Part shown: piece by piece, positions 17,282-26,148 of the stretch
How positions within the stretch are numbered: position 1 is the first letter of the stretch
Layout of the letters: each line of letters opens with the position of its first letter
From: Bdellovibrionota bacterium FG-1
GTDB lineage: Bacteria; Bdellovibrionota; UBA1018
Direction: 5' to 3'
NCBI GenBank assembly: GCA_051382295.1
Contig: JBBCAW010000067.1
Location: forward strand, 1 to 44,397
DNA: 44,397 nt
Made by a program: the position numbers and the translations under genes
Notes under the pieces: generated by a model
Databases searched by the model: none
Seen by the model: only the letters and a program-made list of their open reading frames with translations
What the model was told of the DNA's origin: nothing

Positions 17282-18436
17282 ATGACAAATGACGATCCAC
17301 AGGACTCCAAAAGTGATAAAAACATTCTCGAGCGGCTTATTGGCGGGATTCGAGAAGTCGCGGATCCGGCTGACCACGATAAACTTCATGAAAAGGTCGC
17401 GGAGCTGAAGGAGTCCGAAAAGCGCGTGGCCGAGAAGAAGCACCCTTCTGCGGCGCCTCCCGTTGGCTTGGATATCGGCACGAGCCGGATCGTGAGTTTA
17501 ACGAGGGATGCCGGTGGCGAAATTGTTCCGAAAGACCAGTTGAACGCGTTTTTCACGATCCCTCAGTCCCTCTTCGCGGCGCAGATGCTCGAAAAGAGCG
17601 GTATGAAGTTCGCGGAGATCGAGGGCAAGCAGCTGGCGATTTATGGTTACGATGCCCAGCAGTTTAGTAATATTTTTAACGGCGAAGTCCGTCGTCCGAT
17701 GAGCCAGGGCTTACTTAAAGCGAGTGAGCCCCTCGCCATTCAGATGATCAAGCTGATCATCGGCCTGGTCGTCGAGAAGTCCAAGACTTTTGGCACGAGC
17801 CTGTGCTTTGGCGTTCCTGCTCCTCAGATCGGATTCGAAAGCGATTTGATTTTTCATGAGTCCATTCTGAAGAAATATCTCGTGGGTATGGGATATAATA
17901 CCAAGAGCATCACGGAAGGCGCGGCGGTCGTCCTTTCCGAGTTGTCAGAAGATAATTATACGGGCATCGGAATCAGCATGGGCGGCGGGATGTGCAATGT
18001 TTGTTTCTCGTTCCTTTCCGTGCCGGTCATTGTTTTCAGTATTCCCAAAGGGGGCGACTACATCGATTCCAGCGTGGCCAGAGTGGTGAACGAAACCCAG
18101 AGCCGAGTGAGGGTGATCAAAGAAGAATCTCTGGATTTCGGGCGTCCCCCGCGCAACAAGGTCGAGCAGGCGTTTGAGATCTACTACGATGACCTCATCA
18201 TGAGTTTGCTCACCCAGCTTTCGGCCGTGTTCTCTCAATCCCAACACCTTCCAAAATTGAGCCAGGCGATTCCCGTGGTGCTCGCGGGCGGAACCTCTAT
18301 GCCTAATGGCTTCAGGCAGAAGTTCGATAAGGCGATTCGCCAGGCCAATTTACCGATTCAGATTTCCGAGGTCAGGCTTTCAGCGGATCCGCTGCGCTCG
18401 ACCGGTAGGGGCGCACTCATTAATGCGGGCGCTTAG
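17282..18436 (+). CDS. Actin-like ATPase, volactin-like subfamily, with an N-terminal extension of about 55 aa
   Basis: Phosphate-1 GLDIGTSRI, phosphate-2 GISMGGGMCNV, KGGDYID, adenosine VLAGGTS, DPL....GAL. Confidence 0.85.
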   Translation: MTNDDPQDSKSDKNILERLIGGIREVADPADHDKLHEKVAELKESEKRVAEKKHPSAAPPVGLDIGTSRIVSLTRDAGGEIVPKDQLNAFFTIPQSLFAAQMLEKSGMKFAEIEGKQLAIYGYDAQQFSNIFNGEVRRPMSQGLLKASEPLAIQMIKLIIGLVVEKSKTFGTSLCFGVPAPQIGFESDLIFHESILKKYLVGMGYNTKSITEGAAVVLSELSEDNYTGIGISMGGGMCNVCFSFLSVPVIVFSIPKGGDYIDSSVARVVNETQSRVRVIKEESLDFGRPPRNKVEQAFEIYYDDLIMSLLTQLSAVFSQSQHLPKLSQAIPVVLAGGTSMPNGFRQKFDKAIRQANLPIQISEVRLSADPLRSTGRGALINAGA

Positions 18437-18701
18437 ACTGCAGAATATTCAAGCGGTCTTGAAGTTTGAGGACGCTGAATATCCGGTTTTGAATATTTCC
18501 GCGACCGGCGTTTTGATCGGTGGCGGTGCGGACCGTGGCGAATGGGGTCCCATTGACGAAGCGGTGGTTCGTAAAATGAGCGCGGGAGTGTTTCAGTTCG
18601 CGCTCTTGGATTCAAACGGCAGTGAGATGGGTTTCGAAGGCAAGCTCGTGCGGGCCTCGGTGGGGTCCGAGATCGCGATTGTTTTTGGAAATGAGGCATG
18701 A
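18423..18701 (+). CDS. PilZ-like small protein
   Basis: ATG at 18423 overlaps the actin gene end; N-terminal RALR and NISATG (D/NxSxxG) motif; beta-rich. Confidence 0.6.
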   Translation: MRALRLQNIQAVLKFEDAEYPVLNISATGVLIGGGADRGEWGPIDEAVVRKMSAGVFQFALLDSNGSEMGFEGKLVRASVGSEIAIVFGNEA

Positions 18702-19615
18702 AGAAGCGAGAGATTATCGCCGTCGGGGGGGGCAAGGGCGGTGTCGGCAAAACGCTCGTATCCGTTAACCTCGCGCTGGCTTTAACCAAACTCGGCAAAT
18801 CGGTCGTCTTGTTTGACGGCGATCTGGGGAGCGCCAATTGCCACACGCTTTTGGGGATCACGCGGGTCGAGAAATCTCTTGAGGAATATTTCAAGGAAGA
18901 ACTCCGGCTGGATTCGCTCGCGGTGCCCACCCGGTTTCCCCAGCTGAGTCTGATTTGCGGCGCGAGCGGCAAGGTCGACGCCTATCTTTCCAAGCCATTC
19001 ATTATGGAACGGCTGATCCGGGAAATTCTTCAGCTGGAGTATGACTATATCGTGATCGATCTCGGTGCCGGGATCGGGGACGACACCCTTGACCTTTATA
19101 ATCTCTCCCATGAAAAAGTCATCGTGGTGACCCCGCAGTTCACTTCGCTTCAGAACGCGTATAGCTTTGCAAAATCCGCCTTTTTACGCAGCCTCAGTCA
19201 GCAAGAAAGCCTGACTGAGTTTTTGTCTAAGATGCCGGATCCGGTGGTTTTCAGAAAATTTATGTTGGAGTTGCCTTCTCATGACGCAGTCCGCCGGGAT
19301 TATGAATCGGTGGTGCGCGATCAGAAGTTCCGGCTTTTAGGGAATATGATGAGCGGCAAGGAACAACTGGCGATCATCAAAAGAGTGCGTGAAGTGATCA
19401 AGGAATTTCTGGATATCGACTCCGCCGAGTTGGGTTTTTTCACGCAGACCGCGGATGTTCAGAGTTCGATCAATAAGATCACGCCTTTTTTGGAGCTCTT
19501 TCCCGACGATCCCAATAGTCGGGAGATGATGCGGGTCGCCGGAGTTCTTGAGGGTAAGCCGCCGGCGGCGCCACCGCGGGCGTGGTGGAAAATCTGGCAA
19601 GAGATCACGGGCTAG
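18698..19615 (+). CDS. MinD/FlhG(FleN)-like P-loop ATPase
   Basis: Deviant Walker A GKGGVGKT, D.DLGSANCH, IDLGAG, VTP..TSLQNAY. Confidence 0.9.
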   Translation: MKKREIIAVGGGKGGVGKTLVSVNLALALTKLGKSVVLFDGDLGSANCHTLLGITRVEKSLEEYFKEELRLDSLAVPTRFPQLSLICGASGKVDAYLSKPFIMERLIREILQLEYDYIVIDLGAGIGDDTLDLYNLSHEKVIVVTPQFTSLQNAYSFAKSAFLRSLSQQESLTEFLSKMPDPVVFRKFMLELPSHDAVRRDYESVVRDQKFRLLGNMMSGKEQLAIIKRVREVIKEFLDIDSAELGFFTQTADVQSSINKITPFLELFPDDPNSREMMRVAGVLEGKPPAAPPRAWWKIWQEITG

Positions 19616-19617
19616 GG

Positions 19618-20277
19618 CTAGCTCGTCTTGGTTCTTAAGACGAAAATATTACCTGCAGTGGTTTTATCCAAGGCGAGTTCCGTATTTTCGAATGTGATGC
19701 AAAACGCGGGTGAGGTCTGGTGCACTTCGAGGACCACCCCCGGATTGAGGCCGAACGACAGCAGCTGATGAAGCTGGGAGTGATTGCTCGGGCGAATGTA
19801 CATGACCTTGGCGGTTTCGCCCGCATGGAGTTCGCTGAGTGCCGACACGACGGAGTCCACCGTTCGTCGTTTTTGGCCGCAGCATTTGCCCGCCGGGATG
19901 GGGCTATTGTCGGGCGCGAGCTCGGGGTGCCCAAGGAGAGTGCAAATCGACTCCTCGATCTCGGGCAGCAGGGTGTGCTCGACCTTGCAGGCGATTTCTT
20001 CCATTTCCGCGCTCTTGAGTTTTAGGATGCTATGGAGCAGGACTTCCGCCAGCCGATGTCTTCGGATAATTTGCTCGGCCAGCCCCTTGCCCGCGTGGGA
20101 GAAAAGGATCTTATCACCGCTTTTGATGAGGAGGTTTTGCTTTTCGAGCTCCGCCAGATCCTCCTCCGAAAGGCTCACGGCGCATTCTTTTTTAATGGCC
20201 TCAATGGAATATTCTTTTTTTTCAGAGGCGACCCAAATGGCCTCGAGCACTTCATCTTGTCTTTCGTTGGGACTCAT
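19618..20277 (-). CDS. DtxR/MntR-family metal-binding protein with a C-terminal FeoA domain
   Basis: RRHRLAE, ACKVEH, LGHP...P...PIP, then FeoA-like L.EL..GE.AKV...L.SFGL.PG; the N-terminal HTH looks divergent. Confidence 0.88.
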   Translation of the reverse strand: MSPNERQDEVLEAIWVASEKKEYSIEAIKKECAVSLSEEDLAELEKQNLLIKSGDKILFSHAGKGLAEQIIRRHRLAEVLLHSILKLKSAEMEEIACKVEHTLLPEIEESICTLLGHPELAPDNSPIPAGKCCGQKRRTVDSVVSALSELHAGETAKVMYIRPSNHSQLHQLLSFGLNPGVVLEVHQTSPAFCITFENTELALDKTTAGNIFVLRTKTS

Positions 20278-20293
20278 AACTCGTTACGCCTCA

Positions 20294-22255
20294 TTATTTA
20301 AAGGTGATATTCATTAAGCGACAGAAATGATTGAGAACGGTGCCCAGCGCTAGGGAGTAGGTGGTGACGATGGCAAGCACCGAAAATCCTGCCCGCCTTC
20401 CTTGTTCTTTGATGATCACGACGACGGAGTTCAGGCACGGCATGAGCAACAACATCATGAGGAGGTTCACCACGAGCTGGAGATTGGTGTATTTTAGGCT
20501 GTAGTGCTCAAGGGTGGCCGCACCACTTTCTTTACGGATCATGGTTTTGATGAAAACGGTGACACTTTCATCGGGAAGTCCGAGCATTCCGACCGCGATC
20601 GGATGGAGTGCCTTTTCGATGATGGTCAAACCGCCCAGACGACTGAAGACAAAGACCACAACCGAGGCGGCAATAAAAACAGGCACGGCCTCCTTCATGA
20701 AGAAAAGGCTCCGAACAAAAGCGCCCTTGAGCACCCTCATGGGCTTGGGAATGCGCATGGGGGGGAGTTCCATCAGTAACGAGGAGCGGGGCCCCGGAAT
20801 GAGTCGGTTTGCGAGCACACCCATCAAAAGAATCTGAAGGCAGATGATTCCGACAATAGTGAGCGTGGCCGAAACCGGCATTTTGCTCAGAATAATGAAC
20901 ATGACCGCCAGCATCGGGGCACAGGGGACTCCGAGGAGAAGGATCATCGTGGCGATGATTTTTTGTTTGCGCGTGTCGAGCATGCGGGTCGTGAGAATGG
21001 CCATGGTGACGCACGAAAAACCCATGACAATGGGCAAGACACCCTTACCGTTGAGGCCGATTCCTTGAAACGCGCGATCGAGTAAAACTGAAAAACGGGG
21101 AAGGTAGCCCGAGTCTTCCAGAAATCCATAGAAAAAATAAAAACAGACGAGAACCGGAAAAACGAGTCCCGCCGCCAGAAAAAGGCCCATCGGAACCAGG
21201 CCAAAATCGGGGTCGGCGATCATATCTCTCAAAAAGGCGCTCGGCAGGGGGGCGACGAGCTTGTGGACGATCGGCATTAAAATTTGGCCAAAAATTTTGC
21301 CGTTGATCAGGTCCACTAAAAAAGTCGCGCCAAACGAGCCGACAAACAAGAACATCAGGGTGGCCACGAGGAGCGCGATGGGGATGCCGGTCAAAGGCAT
21401 GGAGCACCATCTACCGAATTTTTCAATATAAGGCCCCTTGGTTGGGGGGTCAATTTGTTGAACTCTTTTGACGATGGCGTCAGCGGCTTTATTGTAGATT
21501 TCCGCCAGGGTGTTGTTGAACGGTGCAGGTTCTTTGCGACGGTATTGCTCAGCCAGGGTCTTGAGCTGTTCAAGCGTTCCTTCACCGAAATTTTTGATCA
21601 AGAAGGGTTCGATACTCTTATCCCCCGTAAGGAGGAGAATCGCGATCGCGCGAATCGATCGCACCGGACCTTGGGTGAGGAGCTTGGTGTTTAGGGTGAT
21701 GAAATCCTCGACGTAAGTCGGGTATTTGACGAGCTGTTTTGGGGTTTTTAATGCGGTGAGATAGGATTTGAGGTCTGGAATCCCTCTTCCTTCGGTCGCG
21801 ACCGTCGTGCAGACGGGGACTCCCAGGGCGACTGAAAGCGCTTCGGTATCGATCGTGATCCCGCGCGATTGGGCTTCATCAATCATGTTTAAATCGAGAA
21901 GCAGGGGGACTCCGAATTCGGCGTACTGCAGGATCAGGGCAAGCGAGCGGCGTAGGTTTTTAGCATCCCCAACAAGAATGATTCCGTGTGTCGTGAATCC
22001 GGGGTCGGTTGAAAATAGCGTATCTCGCGAAACTCGTTCGTCTTCACTGCTGCCAAAGATTGAGGTCGTTCCAGGAGTATCAATGACATCGAGCGGCAGT
22101 CCTCGGGCGGCTCCTGAGGTCAGTGAAACGGTGCTTCCTGGAAAGTTAACGCTCTTAGTTTTTGCTCCGCATAATTGGGAAAATAACGTGGTTTTGCCCA
22201 CGTTCATATTTCCAACAATAACAATACGCTGCGTACTCAGAGCGGGGAGAGACAT
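20294..22255 (-). CDS. feoB: Ferrous iron transporter FeoB (Mad17/Mad30-like by context)
   Basis: G1 GNMNVGKT, G2 NFPGSTV, G3 DTPG, G4 NMID, LEDSGYLPR, MGFSC, ELPPMRIP, PC gate motifs. Confidence 0.93.
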   Translation of the reverse strand: MSLPALSTQRIVIVGNMNVGKTTLFSQLCGAKTKSVNFPGSTVSLTSGAARGLPLDVIDTPGTTSIFGSSEDERVSRDTLFSTDPGFTTHGIILVGDAKNLRRSLALILQYAEFGVPLLLDLNMIDEAQSRGITIDTEALSVALGVPVCTTVATEGRGIPDLKSYLTALKTPKQLVKYPTYVEDFITLNTKLLTQGPVRSIRAIAILLLTGDKSIEPFLIKNFGEGTLEQLKTLAEQYRRKEPAPFNNTLAEIYNKAADAIVKRVQQIDPPTKGPYIEKFGRWCSMPLTGIPIALLVATLMFLFVGSFGATFLVDLINGKIFGQILMPIVHKLVAPLPSAFLRDMIADPDFGLVPMGLFLAAGLVFPVLVCFYFFYGFLEDSGYLPRFSVLLDRAFQGIGLNGKGVLPIVMGFSCVTMAILTTRMLDTRKQKIIATMILLLGVPCAPMLAVMFIILSKMPVSATLTIVGIICLQILLMGVLANRLIPGPRSSLLMELPPMRIPKPMRVLKGAFVRSLFFMKEAVPVFIAASVVVFVFSRLGGLTIIEKALHPIAVGMLGLPDESVTVFIKTMIRKESGAATLEHYSLKYTNLQLVVNLLMMLLLMPCLNSVVVIIKEQGRRAGFSVLAIVTTYSLALGTVLNHFCRLMNITFK

Positions 22256-22301
22256 GAATTCTTACGTTTTTGGCCCAGTTATGGCGGCCTGTTTCCTTGA
22301 G

Positions 22302-22520
22302 TTAATCTTCGATTTCGTCCGATTTGGAGTCCTTTTTGGAGGTCGAGGGAATGTGTTCCGTTTGCATTCGCTTGAGTCCGGAGACAATCGCCGCAATTCC
22401 AAAGATGAGTAGAAGAAGAGGCACAACGCCCTTGAAAATGTCAAGGAAGATAAACCACCACTTCACAAACCCCCAGACGCTGAGTAGTAACGCAACAACA
22501 CCGCCCAGAACGCTGTACAT
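22302..22520 (-). CDS. mamI: Magnetosome membrane protein MamI-like
   Basis: 72 aa, two TM helices, pattern M.SV..G..AL.....G...WW.......G.VP..L.IFG..A...G matching MamI as I recall it; GGAGA RBS; MGC neighbours. Confidence 0.8.
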   Translation of the reverse strand: MYSVLGGVVALLLSVWGFVKWWFIFLDIFKGVVPLLLLIFGIAAIVSGLKRMQTEHIPSTSKKDSKSDEIED

Positions 22521-22645
22521 AGAGGTTTCTCCTTGTCAAAGTGGGTATCTTATTAAACCATGATGTTCTTAAAGCCTTTCGGCCAACGCGAGTAGATTCT
22601 TGAGTTATTTAATGGGCGTGCTACGAATTATTTTGAGGGTCAAAA

Positions 22646-23896
22646 ATGGGTGACAACGTGAAAAGTGATAAGGTGCTCGGTGCAATGGTCAAGAATGGTT
22701 CGGTGCTGTTGCGATGCGCTGGAAAATCCCTAGGCTGTGTGCAGGCAGGTTTTCAGAGCGTCGTGCAGGGCACTCGCCGGCTGACTGGGGCCAGCGCCAG
22801 TGGGATGAAGGGGCTCTTTACCGGTGGTCTGCGCAAGAAGCAGGGACTCAATCGATCCGAGGTTAAAACGCGAATTGCCACGCTTGAGAATGATATCCGG
22901 GAAGGCTATCTCAAGGTGGGGAAACTGGGTTCCGGCGTCGAAAACAAGGAGCAACTCTTTGAGGTTCCCGAAATTCGCGAAGTCGTGGAAAAAATAAAAA
23001 TCCTCGAAAATCAGCTCAATTCCCTGAAAAAATATCAGCTAAAACTCGAAAACGCCGAGCTACAAAATGTTCCAGCCGATGCGGTCGCATTTGATGAGAG
23101 TGCGGGTTTGGGAACCTCGGGTGATAAATCCAAAAAGAAAATCAAACACGCGATAGAGGACGGCTTGAAGAAGGCGAAATTCCAGCTTCAGTCGGATGCG
23201 ATTATTTTTCGTAAAGCGCTCTATGATCTTTTGGATCACGAGATGGAAATTAAGAGACTTGCTGCAAGTGAATTGGGGAAGCTCGGTAATAAACATGCAG
23301 GTCCTGCGCTCAAGGCCGCTTTGGAATATGGGGATCCCCAGCTCCAGGCCGAGATTATTAGTTCACTCGTTCGGTTGGAGGATCGGGATACCTTCAGTAT
23401 CTGCAAAGACTTTGTAAAGCACGAGTATGCTCCGATCCGGACCGCTTCGATTCGAGGGTTATATAAGGCGGGGCGCAATAACTCGGTGCCGTATCTGATT
23501 GATGGCCTGAAAGATGATAGCGTCGAGGTGCGTAACTCGAGCGCGATGTTCTTGGGTTGGTGCGAGGCGCCAACGGCAGTTCCAGCTTTACTGCAAGCTG
23601 CAAGCGATGCCGACCGGCGCGTGCGAAAAAGCGCGATTCTTTCGCTTTCGAACATTCGTGACGAGGCTTCTGTGTTGCCGCTGATCAGGCTTCTGGACGA
23701 GGACGACGAAGACTTGCGCAAGGCTACTTTGACGGCAATTGAGCGGATTGGCGGAGTCCCGGTTCCTTTCAAGGGCGGCGAAAAGGCTGATCGGACCGCT
23801 CACGTCGAGGAACTCAAGGAGTGGTGGATTTCTAAGATGTACGAGGGCCCCGCGCCCGTTTCGTCCTCTTCTCCGTCTGGGGGGGCCGCAGAGTGA
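22646..23896 (+). CDS. mad23: Coiled-coil plus HEAT-repeat protein, Mad23-like
   Basis: N-terminal coiled coil, then about 6 HEAT repeats (e.g. LIDGLKDDSVEVRNSSAMFLG); first gene of the coiled-coil run, divergent from mamI. Symbol from architecture and synteny. Confidence 0.7.
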   Translation: MGDNVKSDKVLGAMVKNGSVLLRCAGKSLGCVQAGFQSVVQGTRRLTGASASGMKGLFTGGLRKKQGLNRSEVKTRIATLENDIREGYLKVGKLGSGVENKEQLFEVPEIREVVEKIKILENQLNSLKKYQLKLENAELQNVPADAVAFDESAGLGTSGDKSKKKIKHAIEDGLKKAKFQLQSDAIIFRKALYDLLDHEMEIKRLAASELGKLGNKHAGPALKAALEYGDPQLQAEIISSLVRLEDRDTFSICKDFVKHEYAPIRTASIRGLYKAGRNNSVPYLIDGLKDDSVEVRNSSAMFLGWCEAPTAVPALLQAASDADRRVRKSAILSLSNIRDEASVLPLIRLLDEDDEDLRKATLTAIERIGGVPVPFKGGEKADRTAHVEELKEWWISKMYEGPAPVSSSSPSGGAAE

Positions 23897-24864
23897 AGCG
23901 CATGGAAGTTTTGACGAGTAGGCTCCCGTTCCTTCATAAAAAAAAAGAGGATGTCATCGGCCAGATTTCGGAGCGACTCTCGAAGATCGTGACCAAGATC
24001 CAGGCAAACGCGTCTTTAAGTGAAGTTCGGGAGGAGTACGATGTGGCTGTGGGTCATTTAGTGGCTCTAGCTGAGACAGAAAGGGATACGAGGCTTCAGG
24101 CCCGGGTTCGTAATGTCCAATCGACGTTAAAAAATGCGGGTACGTTGGTTGAAAAGAAGGATCAGTTGCGTCTTGAAATCTCTCGAATCATGACGCATTT
24201 GGGCCAAATCGCTGAAACGCCCCGGTTTTCTGAGGCTGCACCAGTGGCCACGGCAGAGAGTATAGAAGAAGTCATTCGCGCAAAAGATGAAATAGACGAG
24301 ACGATGGCGACCGGCAGGCAGCTCACGGAACGCCTTCAAGAGCTTCAAGATCGTACGGCCTTCATGGCGCAGGAGATTGAGAAAGTTACCGTCGAAAATC
24401 AGGCGATGTTCGAGGAAAACAAGGCGCTCCGGGAGCAGTATGCGCAAGCCGTTCAGACGCATGACGAGGGTAAAGAGGTTTCTCGGGTCCTTCAAAACAA
24501 GGTTGCAACCGCGCAAATCGAGTGCAATCGGCTTCTTCTTGAAATTCAGTTTCTGAGCAGTGAGCGGGCGGGCGTGCTTGAAAATCTGGATGGCGATTAC
24601 GAAAGTCTGGTGAATCTTTCAAAGCGTTATCGTGAATTACAGCGTGGCTACGGACTGGTGAAGGACGAGGCTGGAGTCTACGAAGATTTATTGGCGCAGC
24701 TCGATTCGTTGCTGGGACGAACGCGTCAGGAGAAGAAGGTCCTTCTTGAGAAAACGGCTGAATCCGAGAAATCCTTGGAATCCTTGATTGAGGAGTTACG
24801 GGCCGTGATCAAGAAAGGTAAAGTGCAATTCTATGCTCAACTGGAAGGCGGATCAGAAAAATGA
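23893..24864 (+). CDS. mad24: Coiled-coil protein, Mad24-like
   Basis: Heptad-rich 323 aa; GTGA overlap with the mad23-like gene. Symbol by synteny. Confidence 0.55.
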   Translation: MKRMEVLTSRLPFLHKKKEDVIGQISERLSKIVTKIQANASLSEVREEYDVAVGHLVALAETERDTRLQARVRNVQSTLKNAGTLVEKKDQLRLEISRIMTHLGQIAETPRFSEAAPVATAESIEEVIRAKDEIDETMATGRQLTERLQELQDRTAFMAQEIEKVTVENQAMFEENKALREQYAQAVQTHDEGKEVSRVLQNKVATAQIECNRLLLEIQFLSSERAGVLENLDGDYESLVNLSKRYRELQRGYGLVKDEAGVYEDLLAQLDSLLGRTRQEKKVLLEKTAESEKSLESLIEELRAVIKKGKVQFYAQLEGGSEK

Positions 24865-25373
24865 AGGTTGAAGAAATCAAGAAGGGCTTGAGAGGACTCT
24901 CCGAGCTTCGGATCGAGGATCTGACCAAGGTTTCGAGCGAGGTTCTTCAAGGCAACATCGAAAGCATGTTGTCTGCTATTCGCGTTTTGGAATCGCAGCT
25001 CAAGGACACCATGGAGGTGAACGCCGCCCTGCGGACTGAGTCGAAGATGCGGGATGCCGATATTTTGGCGCTGAAGCGCGAAAATCAGGACCTTCAATTT
25101 CGCCTGAGAGAGTTAGAAAAACAGGTTCCTCTGGTTGACGATGTGGAGAAGCGCTTTGAAATCGCGCTTGAAAGAATTGAAGAGTACAAAACATTGTTTC
25201 AGCGGGAAAAAGACAAAACCCGGGGCCTGGCGGTCCAGGTTGACAGTCTGGCCGGGGCGCTCAAGAAGACCGAGGAAGAGCGCAACGATGCGTATAAGGA
25301 AGTGGTCGTGCTGATGAATAAGCTCGAGCAGCCGGAGCAGTTAGCGGAGCAGAAGGGCATACAAAATGGGTAA
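24861..25373 (+). CDS. mad25: Coiled-coil protein, Mad25-like
   Basis: 170-aa heptad protein (LSELRIEDLTKVS...ERNDAYKEVV); ATGA overlap. Symbol by synteny and size. Confidence 0.55.
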   Translation: MKVEEIKKGLRGLSELRIEDLTKVSSEVLQGNIESMLSAIRVLESQLKDTMEVNAALRTESKMRDADILALKRENQDLQFRLRELEKQVPLVDDVEKRFEIALERIEEYKTLFQREKDKTRGLAVQVDSLAGALKKTEEERNDAYKEVVVLMNKLEQPEQLAEQKGIQNG

Positions 25374-26130
25374 TGGCTCAGAGCTGAAAAGGAAGCTGTT
25401 GGATAGCTGGGATCAGATTCGGAGCAAGTACCCGATCGTGGTCGCCGCCGAAGTGGTTGCGGGCGATCCGGTGAAGACCGATTTTTTGAGCTGTATTGAT
25501 GGTCTGAAAACCGCCGAAGAGATTGAGCAGTTTTTCACCCTGAATGCGAGCGAAGCGCATCTGATTTTCACGGATCTGATGAACGTGGGGGCGATTCGCT
25601 TTCTCGATGATGGCGAGCGTCTAGGTTATCTCAAACGCCATGCCATCGAGCTTGAGCGAAATCTGGTTTTCCTTCGTTCGGAGCGCGAACGGCTCCGCGG
25701 TGAGTCTTTGTATCTCAATAAGCAGACCCGCGAGAAAATGCTTGAGGTCGAGGCGTTTAAGACGAAGATTCCGGCGCAGGAGGAAGCCTGCCAGCAGTTG
25801 ACGGGCAATCTGAATTCGCTTCAGGCGAAGTCCCAGGGGCTTTGGGAGCAAAACGCGGAACTTTTTGGGGTCGCTAAAGACGTCAAGCACAAGACGGACG
25901 TGATCAAGACCGGACTGGAGAAGTTGGAGGATCAATTTCCCAAGGTCATGAGAAAAAAAGTCAAGGTGGCGGAACGGTATCGGAAGAACGAAGAAATGCG
26001 CCACACGAGCAAGGACAAGAACGCCGCCGTCGAAAAGAAGCTATTTGAATATCACGATGCTTTGAGTGAAGTCCGCGAATACCTTGAGGACACGAAGTTA
26101 CGAGTGAAGGGTTTTTCGGAACAGGACTAA
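25366..26130 (+). CDS. mad26: Small N-terminal domain plus coiled coil, Mad26-like
   Basis: 254 aa; winged-helix-like N-terminus (FLSCIDGLKTAEEI...L...GAIRF), then a coiled coil. Symbol by synteny. Confidence 0.55.
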   Translation: MGNGSELKRKLLDSWDQIRSKYPIVVAAEVVAGDPVKTDFLSCIDGLKTAEEIEQFFTLNASEAHLIFTDLMNVGAIRFLDDGERLGYLKRHAIELERNLVFLRSERERLRGESLYLNKQTREKMLEVEAFKTKIPAQEEACQQLTGNLNSLQAKSQGLWEQNAELFGVAKDVKHKTDVIKTGLEKLEDQFPKVMRKKVKVAERYRKNEEMRHTSKDKNAAVEKKLFEYHDALSEVREYLEDTKLRVKGFSEQD

Positions 26131-26148
26131 AGAGAATGAGGGTTTGTA

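Noticed and set aside
18306..18422. Longer 131-aa version of the PilZ-like ORF
   Set aside because: The extension lies inside the actin gene; the ATG at 18423 gives a normal short overlap.
17282..18436. Calling this actin mamK
   Set aside because: It lacks the MamK features I recall (SVVGYPKD, VSEPF, DIGAGT); its motifs fit a different, volactin-like subfamily.
18698..19615. Flagellar flhG locus
   Set aside because: No flhF, fliA or other flagellar genes are adjacent, so only a family-level call is kept.
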